IMG/VR virus record: IMGVR_UViG_3300027691_000002
Coordinates: 1-56,045 of that record
Length of the DNA stretch: 56,045 bases
Direction: 5' to 3' (one strand)
From: a virus
Lineage: Duplodnaviria; Caudoviricetes
The position numbers and the translations under genes are program-made. Of this stretch, positions 45,674 through 53,916 are shown piece after piece. The notes under the pieces were generated by a model that saw nothing but the letters and a program-made list of their open reading frames with translations, did not search any database and had not been told where the DNA came from. Positions within the stretch are counted from its first letter, which is position 1. Every line of letters starts with the position of its first letter.

Positions 45674-46018
45674 TTCTCTCCTTTTCTAGTATCCCCTAGT
45701 CCCACACGTGTCATATTCCCGATGCTTCCAGCACCACCACAAGGTGGCCCACTCACTCAGCAGACGTTTCACTTCTCAACCTCCTTGCAAGTACTCACGA
45801 TTTCTTTAACAGCCTTGTCGTCTTGTAGCCAGGTTGAGAGAAACAGAATGCACAGGACGACAGTCAGTCCCACAAAGACTACAGTCAAATCACCTTTGGT
45901 AATCACTTCTTTCCTCCTGTGATCCACTCAATGAATCCAAAAATAAGTAGATAGAACGCTGAAATAAAACCAAGCAAGAAAGCAAGGACTAGCATTGCTA
46001 TGATCCATGACCAGTCCA

Positions 46019-46804
46019 TTACAGCCTCACCAACCTATCTGCTCGTGCCAGGTGTCGCTGAACATAGTCAGGATCTGGCGTGATGAACTCCTTGATGTTT
46101 TCCAGGATGAACCGTGAAGACTTTCCCTTTGTCAGTGAGGTAATAGTGCGCCTCAATGCCCACAAATATGCAGCACCAGGAGAGCACTTGTAACCACTTG
46201 GGATGACCTTACGTTCCAATGCGGTTACGCAAATCTCCTCAATGAAGAGTTGGACAATACGTGAATGTGGCAATCCCCATAGCTTCCTTGGGTCAATGTC
46301 AACACTCGCTCCGTCTCGGAGGATCTCTTCATAAATGGGCTGATCTCCGAAAGCAACACTTTCGTGGAGGGAATCGTGATCGTACGTACGTTTGACTGCG
46401 TCATCAAAGAACTCGGATTTGTCCTGGTCAAGATTCATCACCTTCTTCCCATGCAGCTTTTCCCACACCTTATAAAGGATCTTGTACAAGTCCATATCCA
46501 GTTGTGCACCCGCATCCTGCAAGGTGATCAAGTCAAAAATATGCTTGTGCCAAGACCCGTTGGGCAACTCCCAATGTGAGTGAGACAGCTTGATGGTGTA
46601 CATCTGGTCCAGGGTAGCGAATTGGGTCTTGTCAGTCTCGGGGATAAACTCAGCAAAGCTTTCATCCCACAGCACATCAATCCTACCCTGGACCGACTCC
46701 ATGCGAGACAGATCCTTATCAGTCCACCAGTCGATGTCCTTGGGTTCCCTATTGCAGACTCCCAAGGCTTTCAGGGCATGAGAGCCCACAATAAGGCTAT
46801 GCAT
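46019..46804 (-). CDS. Pol-beta-like nucleotidyltransferase domain protein
   Basis: IVGSHAL...PKDID (GS..DxD) N-terminus; YTIKLSH..W.KH..D; FF.D.V.R.YDHD.LHE. Confidence 0.65.
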   Translation of the reverse strand: MHSLIVGSHALKALGVCNREPKDIDWWTDKDLSRMESVQGRIDVLWDESFAEFIPETDKTQFATLDQMYTIKLSHSHWELPNGSWHKHIFDLITLQDAGAQLDMDLYKILYKVWEKLHGKKVMNLDQDKSEFFDDAVKRTYDHDSLHESVAFGDQPIYEEILRDGASVDIDPRKLWGLPHSRIVQLFIEEICVTALERKVIPSGYKCSPGAAYLWALRRTITSLTKGKSSRFILENIKEFITPDPDYVQRHLARADRLVRL

Positions 46805-46887
46805 TAATGCCTCCAGATTTTCCAGCCAAACAGTGAGATCCGAACTCTAATGCATGTACCACAAATCCATCGGTGCATCAGCTCTCC

Positions 46888-47247
46888 TTACCAGTTCAAG
46901 GACGGAACTGGATTACTAATCTGGGAATCAAAGGCCTCAAGAGCCTTACCCCACGTAGCTCCGTTGTCCTGGACATACTGAGACCTCACAGCAGCCTCAA
47001 TGAAGATATCATCGTCGACACCCAGATCATGCAGGATCACCCGAATCGACGTTCGTTCGTACTGATGCAGCTGTGTGATACCAAGTGCGTGCAAAGCATG
47101 CGCATGAATGCAGTCAGGCTCGTCACCGTTCATGTATTGACACATCACCGCGTCCTCAGGCTTGGTGTAAATGAAATCCGAGCCCTTCAGTTCAACTGCC
47201 TTGGCCAGAGCCTCACGGTAAGACTCACGCGTGATCGAAGCGCCCAT
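46888..47247 (-). CDS. hypothetical protein
   Basis: TAATG-coupled; CQY..PDCI, QD.GATWG.AL. Confidence 0.65.
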   Translation of the reverse strand: MGASITRESYREALAKAVELKGSDFIYTKPEDAVMCQYMNGDEPDCIHAHALHALGITQLHQYERTSIRVILHDLGVDDDIFIEAAVRSQYVQDNGATWGKALEAFDSQISNPVPSLNW

Positions 47248-47672
47248 TACACACTCTCCTTAGTGAATTCCAGCTCGAACGCATCGGCAATCTCAGCAAA
47301 ACTCTTGTTGAGAGAGTCATTCCACCCAACCGCAGTCTCGTTGTTGTGCCCATTAAACCCCTGCTTGAAGAAAGCAACATCGAAAGCACTTGTGCCATCA
47401 ACCAGGTTACTCTCAGGCAATCCAAGCCAGACGGCGACCGCTTCTGGAAGCACCGAATTAAATCCGCCGTATGCCGCCTGGCCCCAAGACCTCATCTCAC
47501 GATCAATTTGACCATCCTGCCAAGCAAGATGGCAAGCCACACCAAGACAGCAAAACTCACCCTGACGATTCTCCAGGGTCATCCGTCCTTGGGTGTACTC
47601 ACCTGACCTCAACGCCTCCAGAAACGCGTCAAAGTTATCCTCGTTGATTCCGTCAACATACTTATCGCTCAT
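47247..47672 (-). CDS. hypothetical protein
   Basis: ALRSGEY.QG..L..FCCLGVAC..ND...SF.EIAD. Confidence 0.7.
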   Translation of the reverse strand: MSDKYVDGINEDNFDAFLEALRSGEYTQGRMTLENRQGEFCCLGVACHLAWQDGQIDREMRSWGQAAYGGFNSVLPEAVAVWLGLPESNLVDGTSAFDVAFFKQGFNGHNNETAVGWNDSLNKSFAEIADAFELEFTKESV

Positions 47673-47898
47673 TGTTCCTCTCCTTCAGTGCGGTTTGTAG
47701 TTGAATCCTTCGCTTAATCAATCCTGTGAAACTCTTGTGGAATGCTCGTTCATTCCGCCAATAGACAGGCCTAAGCCACCAGGTGAACCGGTTATTGCTC
47801 TTGATGTTGGCCATGTTCTGCTTATAGCAATCAAGCATGATGGTCCAGACAGCAATAGCCCTTTCAAGGCTTTCCACATTGATAGGCTCATGAGCCAT
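47662..47898 (-). CDS. hypothetical protein
   Basis: overlapping operon ORF. Confidence 0.5.
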   Translation of the reverse strand: MAHEPINVESLERAIAVWTIMLDCYKQNMANIKSNNRFTWWLRPVYWRNERAFHKSFTGLIKRRIQLQTALKERNNER

Positions 47899-48169
47899 TG
47901 AGCTGCTCCATAACCCGCCTGTATCCCGCATCCTGATACACCCGATAGAGGAAGTTCATAACATCCCTAACCTCTCCTGGTGAAAGCTTTGCATTGGAGT
48001 TAGGTACTCCCTGCCTATAGATGACCACAGAGCCGTCCTTGACCTCCTTAAACACAAAGGCAGCGGTGCCCATAACCTCACCAACCAGGCATTCCCTCAC
48101 CTCTAGGCCCTCAGGAAGATTGGTGGGTTCCTCAAGGGAAGAGCCTACTACTCGATATGCCTTACGCAT
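47888..48169 (-). CDS. hypothetical protein
   Basis: GGAGG RBS. Confidence 0.6.
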   Translation of the reverse strand: MRKAYRVVGSSLEEPTNLPEGLEVRECLVGEVMGTAAFVFKEVKDGSVVIYRQGVPNSNAKLSPGEVRDVMNFLYRVYQDAGYRRVMEQLNGS

Positions 48170-48265
48170 TTACCGCCTCCATGATTGCATGATTAAGCAG
48201 GGCTATCAGGAACATGCCCACCAGGGCCATCCCCAGAACAAGCAGTGTCAACTGCCAAGACCTCA

Positions 48266-48703
48266 TCACATCTCCCTATAAAGAATGGATTCCAGGTAGG
48301 TCTTCCATGTCATCTGGGAGATTTCGTAATCAGTGTAGTCCCCGTCAGCATGGCGGGCATCTCGCCTGGACAGTTTACGCCCATTCCTGTAGCCGAATGC
48401 ATAAGACCAGTCTTCACAGTCATAGCAACAGCAGAACTCTCCATTGTAGTGAGACCGCCTCACAGACTCCTTGTGCTTCTTGGCGACCTCATCCGTCTGG
48501 TCTACAAGATCCTTCCATTTCTGGTAGTGCTCAATGAAGGTCTCTCGACCCCAGGCCTCAAACATCATGACTGCACACTGCGCCTCAGCAAGAATGTCCG
48601 AGTCAAGGCGCGGTGCCCAATAAACTACATCGTCAACTGTGTACTTGAGCCTCCATTCAATTTGAAACTCCTTGATCGTTAATTCAATGCTGAGAATGTC
48701 CAT
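48266..48703 (-). CDS. hypothetical protein
   Basis: ORF with RBS downstream of the Cas4-like gene. Confidence 0.6.
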   Translation of the reverse strand: MDILSIELTIKEFQIEWRLKYTVDDVVYWAPRLDSDILAEAQCAVMMFEAWGRETFIEHYQKWKDLVDQTDEVAKKHKESVRRSHYNGEFCCCYDCEDWSYAFGYRNGRKLSRRDARHADGDYTDYEISQMTWKTYLESILYREM

Positions 48704-48718
48704 GATTACCCTTCTTAA

Positions 48719-49495
48719 TCAGGCTTCTTTGTAAATGCATGAGTCACGAACAGGACACCTACGACACAAGTCTGGATCTGGTGTGGGGTCGAACCTTTCC
48801 GCTTTGATATTCTCATCAAGGCTTCCATAAACATCGGCAAGCCTTTCCAAAGACCAACTAGTCAAGTCATATGGACGGGTAGGCTTTCCCAGCTTTGCCA
48901 TCCAATACCTACCAGTCGTGAAAGGGATTCCCCATTCAAGGTTCAAGACTCCCGCATATGTGGCTAGCTGTTCATCCCCTCCAGGAGTTGATCCAGTCTT
49001 GTAGTCGTCTGGTTTTTCATCGATAACAACATCGATATACCCGACAACCTCAACTGAACCAAACTTGACTCGAAATTCCTTCTCGATCCATTGCACACCA
49101 GAAGGATCTGTCCACGGGACATGTTCAGGATGTTCCCTGATAAATTTGAAGAACCCATCAAGCTGTTCAAGCCCAACCTTCAGCCTCCTTGGGATGTCCT
49201 GTGTGGCTCGGTAGGGTCCGGAAGACTCCCAGTAACCCAGGTTGGGGTTGTCCTTCAGCTCTGCGTTGATTTGGGCGCTGTACGTGCTTCTAAAGACCTC
49301 CTTGGTCTCCTCGGGTGTCATCACCCTACCAGACTTCTCAAACGCCTCTACGGCCAAATGAAAGGCTGTTCCATGTGCCAGCCACGGGGCTGGTCTCTTC
49401 CACACTCGCTCACGCCTAGCCAAGAAGTAGGCATGAGGGCACCGCTCGTACTCGTTCAGCTGTGATGGTGAACGGTGCCCAATGTCCTCACTCAC
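48719..49495 (-). CDS. Cas4 / RecB-like PD-(D/E)xK exonuclease (L5 gp69-like)
   Basis: RSPSQL..YERCP, HGTAFH, GYID, DYKTG, QLATY, CRRCP..C. Confidence 0.9.
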   Translation of the reverse strand: MSEDIGHRSPSQLNEYERCPHAYFLARRERVWKRPAPWLAHGTAFHLAVEAFEKSGRVMTPEETKEVFRSTYSAQINAELKDNPNLGYWESSGPYRATQDIPRRLKVGLEQLDGFFKFIREHPEHVPWTDPSGVQWIEKEFRVKFGSVEVVGYIDVVIDEKPDDYKTGSTPGGDEQLATYAGVLNLEWGIPFTTGRYWMAKLGKPTRPYDLTSWSLERLADVYGSLDENIKAERFDPTPDPDLCRRCPVRDSCIYKEA

Positions 49496-49898
49496 GGATC
49501 TCCTTTAGCAACTCCCGAATCAGTAGCCCATCAGGCTCATTGTTCTTCCATGCATTGATAATGGCTTGGGTTAGTATTTCAATTCTAGTCATCAAATCGT
49601 CTGGTCTTTCGAACCTTCAAACGCTTGCAATTCTCACACCTTCGGTACTGCTCCTTGGGAGGATAGTCATTCCACCCTTTCGGGATATCAACCCAGTCCT
49701 CCCACTTATGCCAACAAAGCCTCATGTCGCCTCCGGTCAATAAATTCACGTACCGCAATGGTCAGATCAGGGGCATAGCCCAGACGCTCTGTGCGTTCAA
49801 CATAGGCGGTAGCAAAAGCGTGAGGGTCTACTCCATGCCTCCTGAGATAATGCACATACCCATGCACAAAGTTTTCAGGCATGGTCAGCCTTTGGGGG

Positions 49899-50297
49899 TC
49901 ACTTACCGTCAGCATCAGCCGAAACCTTCTCCTCAGTACCCGCAGGGTCAGTGACCGGACGGTTCTCCCACTTCTTGAGGAGTTCCTCACGGATACGACC
50001 GAAGTCAGACACCTGGTGACCGTTGGAACGCAACCAGTTCCGGATCTCGGCCAACTCAGCCGGGGTGTACTTGGGCTTAGGCTTCTCAGTCTGACCCAGT
50101 CGACGCAGCACCGGACGGCCGTACTCGGCCAGTTCCTTCATGGTCGCGTTGAACTCGTTGATGATTGCCTGGTAGTGCTCCATGTTCTCCTCAGCCAAGT
50201 CAACCTCAAACTCCTGACCCTCGACAGTAAACAAGAGAGTAGAAGCACCCTCGGTCTCACCATCGATGTCATCCACCAAGATTTCCTTAACAGCCAT
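49899..50297 (-). CDS. lsr2: Lsr2-like nucleoid-associated protein
   Basis: LVDDIDG..F.V.G..FEVDL..EN dimerisation domain; IRNWLRSNG..VSDFGRI DNA-binding domain; AGGAG RBS. Confidence 0.82.
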   Translation of the reverse strand: MAVKEILVDDIDGETEGASTLLFTVEGQEFEVDLAEENMEHYQAIINEFNATMKELAEYGRPVLRRLGQTEKPKPKYTPAELAEIRNWLRSNGHQVSDFGRIREELLKKWENRPVTDPAGTEEKVSADADGK

Positions 50298-50333
50298 TTC
50301 ATATCTCCTTATTGTTTGTGTTTGTTTTGGGAG

Positions 50334-50401
50334 TGGCAAGAGAAGGGATCGAACCTTCCACGCAGCGCTTTACAGGCACCGCTATGCCCAGCATCCTTGC
50401 C
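50334..50401 (-). tRNA. tRNA-Tyr(GTA), minimal 68 nt with short variable loop
   Basis: GGCAAGG/TCTTGCC, GGTGC-CTGTAAA-GCGCT, GAAGG-TTCGATC-CCTTC. Confidence 0.7.
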
Positions 50402-50405
50402 AGTG

Positions 50406-50479
50406 TGCCCGTTGTCAGACTCGAACTGACATTCTCCCCCTTTAGATGAGGGCATCTTTCCAATTAGAAGAAACAGGGC
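50406..50479 (-). tRNA. tRNA with CTA anticodon (amber suppressor)
   Basis: D arm TCTT..AAGA, CCCTC-ATCTAAA-GGGGG, GTCAG-TTCGAGT-CTGAC; acceptor GCCC(T)GTT/AACGGGC with one bulge; A73. Confidence 0.75.
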
Positions 50480-50481
50480 AG

Positions 50482-50555
50482 TAGGAGTGGAGAGATTCGA
50501 ACTCTCATTCACAGGCTTTTGAGGCCTGTCGCTTTTCCAATTAGCGCACACTCCC
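50482..50555 (-). tRNA. tRNA-Leu(CAA), short variable loop
   Basis: GGGAGTG/CACTCCT, CAGGC-CTCAAAA-GCCTG, GAGAG-TTCGAAT-CTCTC. Confidence 0.85.
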
Positions 50556-50758
50556 TTGGGCCCGAAGGGCTATAGACTTATTGACGTTGCTATAGCCCCA
50601 TAGGGTATTTAGTTATTATTCAGTTGTAAGTCACTTATCTACATCGGCAGCCTCGACACCATGAACAGCATAGGCATGTGTGAGTAGCTCTCCTACTGTG
50701 TCAAAGGTGGCCCCGCATGTGCACCGGACCTCACCTTTCTTGAAACCACTCTCACCCA

Positions 50759-51040
50759 TTACTGACAGTCCTCCCTGTATCGAACAACCCTCGGGATCTT
50801 GTCGGCATAGCAGTAGAGCACGATCTTGTCTTTCCAAGGGACTTCACAAATCTTGTCCCTGGCGTGCTTCCTACAGTCGTACTCTGGCTTTTCCTTGCTC
50901 TTAGGCCTCTCAAGGCCCCTTGCTGGAACGTTCACAGTCTTGGTGACATCTACTGGCTTGTATTTGGGCTTGGTCTTGTCACACCCAGACACAAAGAGAA
51001 CAGCCCCAACAATTCCTAGTACCGCAAGGGTACGTTTCAT
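50759..51040 (-). CDS. lipoprotein
   Basis: MKRTLAVLGIVGAVLFVSGC lipobox. Confidence 0.65.
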   Translation of the reverse strand: MKRTLAVLGIVGAVLFVSGCDKTKPKYKPVDVTKTVNVPARGLERPKSKEKPEYDCRKHARDKICEVPWKDKIVLYCYADKIPRVVRYREDCQ

Positions 51041-51091
51041 ACCTTACCTTTCTTGTTCAAACATGAGTTACAGATTTTAGACCCATCTCCA

Positions 51092-51100
51092 ATTGTAGCA
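51092..51100 (-). promoter_or_regulatory. candidate extended -10 promoter
   Basis: TGCTACAAT (TGnTAnnnT) in an intergenic gap, oriented toward the lipoprotein and tRNA genes. Confidence 0.4.
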
Positions 51101-51122
51101 CCACACTCAGAACAGTTATTTC

Positions 51123-51776
51123 TCACAAACCCACTGTCCCGGTGACCTTGAGAGCCTTACGAGTGTAGGAGGGGTTGGCATCCTTGAGTTGCTTGGTGCT
51201 GCGACGGCGGTAGGCATTGCGAAGGGTGCGGAAGTGGGTACGTCGTGCGTTGCGGTTGATGGGAGTAGCCGTCTCCATGTCTTCCCGGATCTCAGCAGCC
51301 GTCAAACCGTCCCACACCTCGGTTCCCTTCCAGTTCAGGGTCTCACCGAAACCGGCGGCCTCCTTTGCCCAATCAGACCAGGAAGCATCGAAAACATCAG
51401 CCGAGGCGATTTCCTGGTAGCCTGCCTGGATGTCCTCACGAATCTGCTCACCCAGCTTCCAGGGGTCACCACTCAGGAGTTCTTCGAGAGTAGTCGCGTC
51501 ACCATTCAGCAAGTCGGCATCCATGTGCTCGTCAGAGGCCCAGTACTCCTCGTCCAGCTTGATCTCTTCGGCAGTCTGCTGAGGAACTTCCAGAGACGGA
51601 AGACCCATGACCTCGCGTCCGTCCGTGTTCAGGATCAACCGAGGCTCGTCACCAGAGTTGTCAGACGTGATGTACTGGGACACAGACTCCAGCGTGTTCT
51701 TACGGGCGTTGGTGTAGCCCAGCTCGTGGACCTCGTTCAGAGCCTTGATCTGTGCATCCGAAAGCTTCTTTGCCAT
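51123..51776 (-). CDS. hypothetical early protein (acidic core, basic tail)
   Basis: GAGGAG RBS; strong G/C third-position bias. Confidence 0.75.
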   Translation of the reverse strand: MAKKLSDAQIKALNEVHELGYTNARKNTLESVSQYITSDNSGDEPRLILNTDGREVMGLPSLEVPQQTAEEIKLDEEYWASDEHMDADLLNGDATTLEELLSGDPWKLGEQIREDIQAGYQEIASADVFDASWSDWAKEAAGFGETLNWKGTEVWDGLTAAEIREDMETATPINRNARRTHFRTLRNAYRRRSTKQLKDANPSYTRKALKVTGTVGL

Positions 51777-51809
51777 GATAACTCCTCATGTTGTTTGGAC
51801 ATTGCCGAG

Positions 51810-51880
51810 TACCCCTACGGAGAATTGAACTCCGATTTCCAGATTGAAAGTCTGGCGTCCTACCCTTAGACGATAGGGGC
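51810..51880 (-). tRNA. tRNA-Glu(TTC)
   Basis: GCCCCTA/TAGGGGT, CCAGA-CTTTCAA-TCTGG, CGGAG-TTCAATT-CTCCG. Confidence 0.9.
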
Positions 51881-51888
51881 GTTGAAGC

Positions 51889-52194
51889 TTAGGTGTTGCT
51901 GATCTTGACACCCCCAAGGGGGCCACGCTCAATGATCCTGTCAGGGTAGTCAAACGGGCATCCCACATCCATGAACTTTTTGGCTGACTCGATCATTTCT
52001 TCCAGCTTGTCGGCATCCCAGTAGGGAGTGGCATACAACGTCATTGAACAGTCATCATAACCCACTTCCCGGCAGTACGTCTTGTACACGTCAAGAGCAT
52101 CTGTCAGATTGTTGTGGAAGTGCAGAGAGAAACTCTGGTTCCCAGGGATGTTCTGCGAAGTGTACGAAATCCAACGAATCAGCTTTACAGCCAT
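51889..52194 (-). CDS. hypothetical early protein
   Basis: AGGAG RBS; GCPFDYPDR..ERGP.GG. Confidence 0.65.
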   Translation of the reverse strand: MAVKLIRWISYTSQNIPGNQSFSLHFHNNLTDALDVYKTYCREVGYDDCSMTLYATPYWDADKLEEMIESAKKFMDVGCPFDYPDRIIERGPLGGVKISNT

Positions 52195-52260
52195 GATGTC
52201 TCCTAATTTGGCGTACAGTCGAACATAGGGACATATCTCAGCCCCTATGCTCTCAATGCG

Positions 52261-52374
52261 TCAAATCCAGGGGTAGCAAATCACACAGTCGAAATTGCAT
52301 CCCTCATCGTAGTCGTACCAATCCCAGTCCCACAAGGAATCGTAGTACCCGTCATCAGCAATGATGGGAATCAT
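52261..52374 (-). CDS. 37-aa Asp/Trp/Tyr-rich microprotein
   Basis: TGATG-coupled; MIPIIADDGYYDSLWDWDWYDYDEGCNFDCVICYPWI*. Confidence 0.5.
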   Translation of the reverse strand: MIPIIADDGYYDSLWDWDWYDYDEGCNFDCVICYPWI

Positions 52375-52529
52375 CAGACAACCCACCTTCCGATGGTGCG
52401 GTCCCAGGAAGCCTTACCGGTACCCGGAACCTTGATCATGGGATGGGTCGGGTACTTGTCCAGCTCTGCCATGTGCGTTTCCGAGTACTTCTTGCCCTTG
52501 TAGGGGTCAACAACCTGAATCTCAGCCAT
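52374..52529 (-). CDS. 51-aa hypothetical early protein
   Basis: GGAGGTTTGAGAC-ATG; MAEIQVVDPYKGKKYSE... Confidence 0.6.
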   Translation of the reverse strand: MAEIQVVDPYKGKKYSETHMAELDKYPTHPMIKVPGTGKASWDRTIGRWVV

Positions 52530-53168
52530 GTCTCAAACCTCCGGGTACGATTGAACAAAGGTCATTGCGCCAAGCTTGTCACAAGCCCACATTTCATACC
52601 TCTGACCAAAACCAGGCTGAAACGTGAGTTCTTGCCACCTTCGGTCCACAGTTTCAGCAGATTCGAGGTATGGCCTGGTCTTTCCAGAGGACACAACAAC
52701 AATGAGGAATTGCATTCCATGCCTCACTGATTCTCTGCGTAGCGCATGTGTTTGTTGTACTCGTGAAGCAACCCGACAAACGTGAAACTACTCGCACTGC
52801 GATGGGTGTAAATTTGCTCCATCTGCCCTGCGAAGTAGTGCGTGACTTCTAGGTCAGTTGAAACCTTGTCACAAGGCTCACAGAACAATCTACCGTGCTG
52901 GCATACCATTGCTCTGAGTCTCCTTACGAGCCTTGATCAGTTCACGCCTTTCACGGCGGTCCTGCCGGTACTTCCGAGACCTTTGCTTGTGCTGATACCT
53001 CAGCTCATCCGCATGAGGGTAATCCTCCTCAAGATCCTCGTTGAGATCACCATACGTAGAGGAGTAATGTACTGGGATCATGCCTTACCTTTCAACGCGT
53101 CAAGCCTTATGCTTGACACTTACAGAACAGGGATTCCTGTTCCTAGGAGCGTGACTACGTCATCGCTC

Positions 53169-53244
53169 TGGTATCCCCACCAGGACTCGAACCTGGATCT
53201 TCCACTTAGGAGGCGGTAGCTCTATCCACTTGAGCTATGAGGAC
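53169..53244 (-). tRNA. tRNA-Arg(CCT)
   Basis: GTCCTCA/TGGGGAT, CCGC-CTCCTAA-GTGG, encoded CCA. Confidence 0.88.
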
Positions 53245-53253
53245 CCTATTCAG

Positions 53254-53547
53254 TTATTCCAGCTCCAAACCTTCACTGTCCAACCAGTCATTGAATCCAC
53301 ACTGGTAGGCGGTTGGGTCCATCTCCTTGAGAACCCTGGACATCTCCCACTCAAGAATGCCACATTTCACTGGCTCGTGGATCTCGTTCAGGAAGTCGTC
53401 AAACCTCTCCAGTGCATCGTGTTCACTGATGGTCTTAGACTCTTCCTCATCCTCACTGTCATCATCAAGTGATGCTAGCCATGCATCGTAGTCCGCCATG
53501 TCTTCCGGTGTGCCATCGATGGGTGGACCACAGAGTTCGTAGCACAT
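53254..53547 (-). CDS. highly acidic early protein
   Basis: ATG after GGAGG; LDDDSEDEEE..FDDFLNE..SRVLKEMDPTAY.CGFNDWLD. Confidence 0.65.
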   Translation of the reverse strand: MCYELCGPPIDGTPEDMADYDAWLASLDDDSEDEEESKTISEHDALERFDDFLNEIHEPVKCGILEWEMSRVLKEMDPTAYQCGFNDWLDSEGLELE

Positions 53548-53613
53548 GTCTTGTTCCTCCACTAAGTGTACAACAACAGTGTCAGGCTTTGGCCTGACAC
53601 GGAAGCAATGCAC

Positions 53614-53916
53614 TTAGTAATCACGCCCCGCCTTGATCACAAGTTCCCTCATACGGTTCAGGACATCCATCCAGTACTCAGCGTCCCAGAACGTGACAAG
53701 ACCATCCCTCATAGCCTTGAGAAACTCGTTCCCGCGATCGCCTAGACTCTCTTCAGAGAAGGTCTGGCAGGGACTGAATCCCCATGCCTTTTGCTGAGAG
53801 AACACGTACCAAGCCTCAGCCAGATCGAACCTGGCAGCCTGAACACATCCCCACTCGTCATGGGTGTCCCAGTCCATCCACCCTCGGATGAACTCGATTC
53901 CATCACTCTTGATCAC
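53614..53916 (-). CDS. hypothetical early protein
   Basis: GGAGGTTTGAA-GTG. Confidence 0.65.
   Translation of the reverse strand: MIKSDGIEFIRGWMDWDTHDEWGCVQAARFDLAEAWYVFSQQKAWGFSPCQTFSEESLGDRGNEFLKAMRDGLVTFWDAEYWMDVLNRMRELVIKAGRDY

Noticed and set aside
48719-49495. CRISPR-Cas system suggested by the Cas4-like gene
   Set aside because: No repeat-spacer array or other cas genes; solo Cas4-like nucleases are usual in these phages
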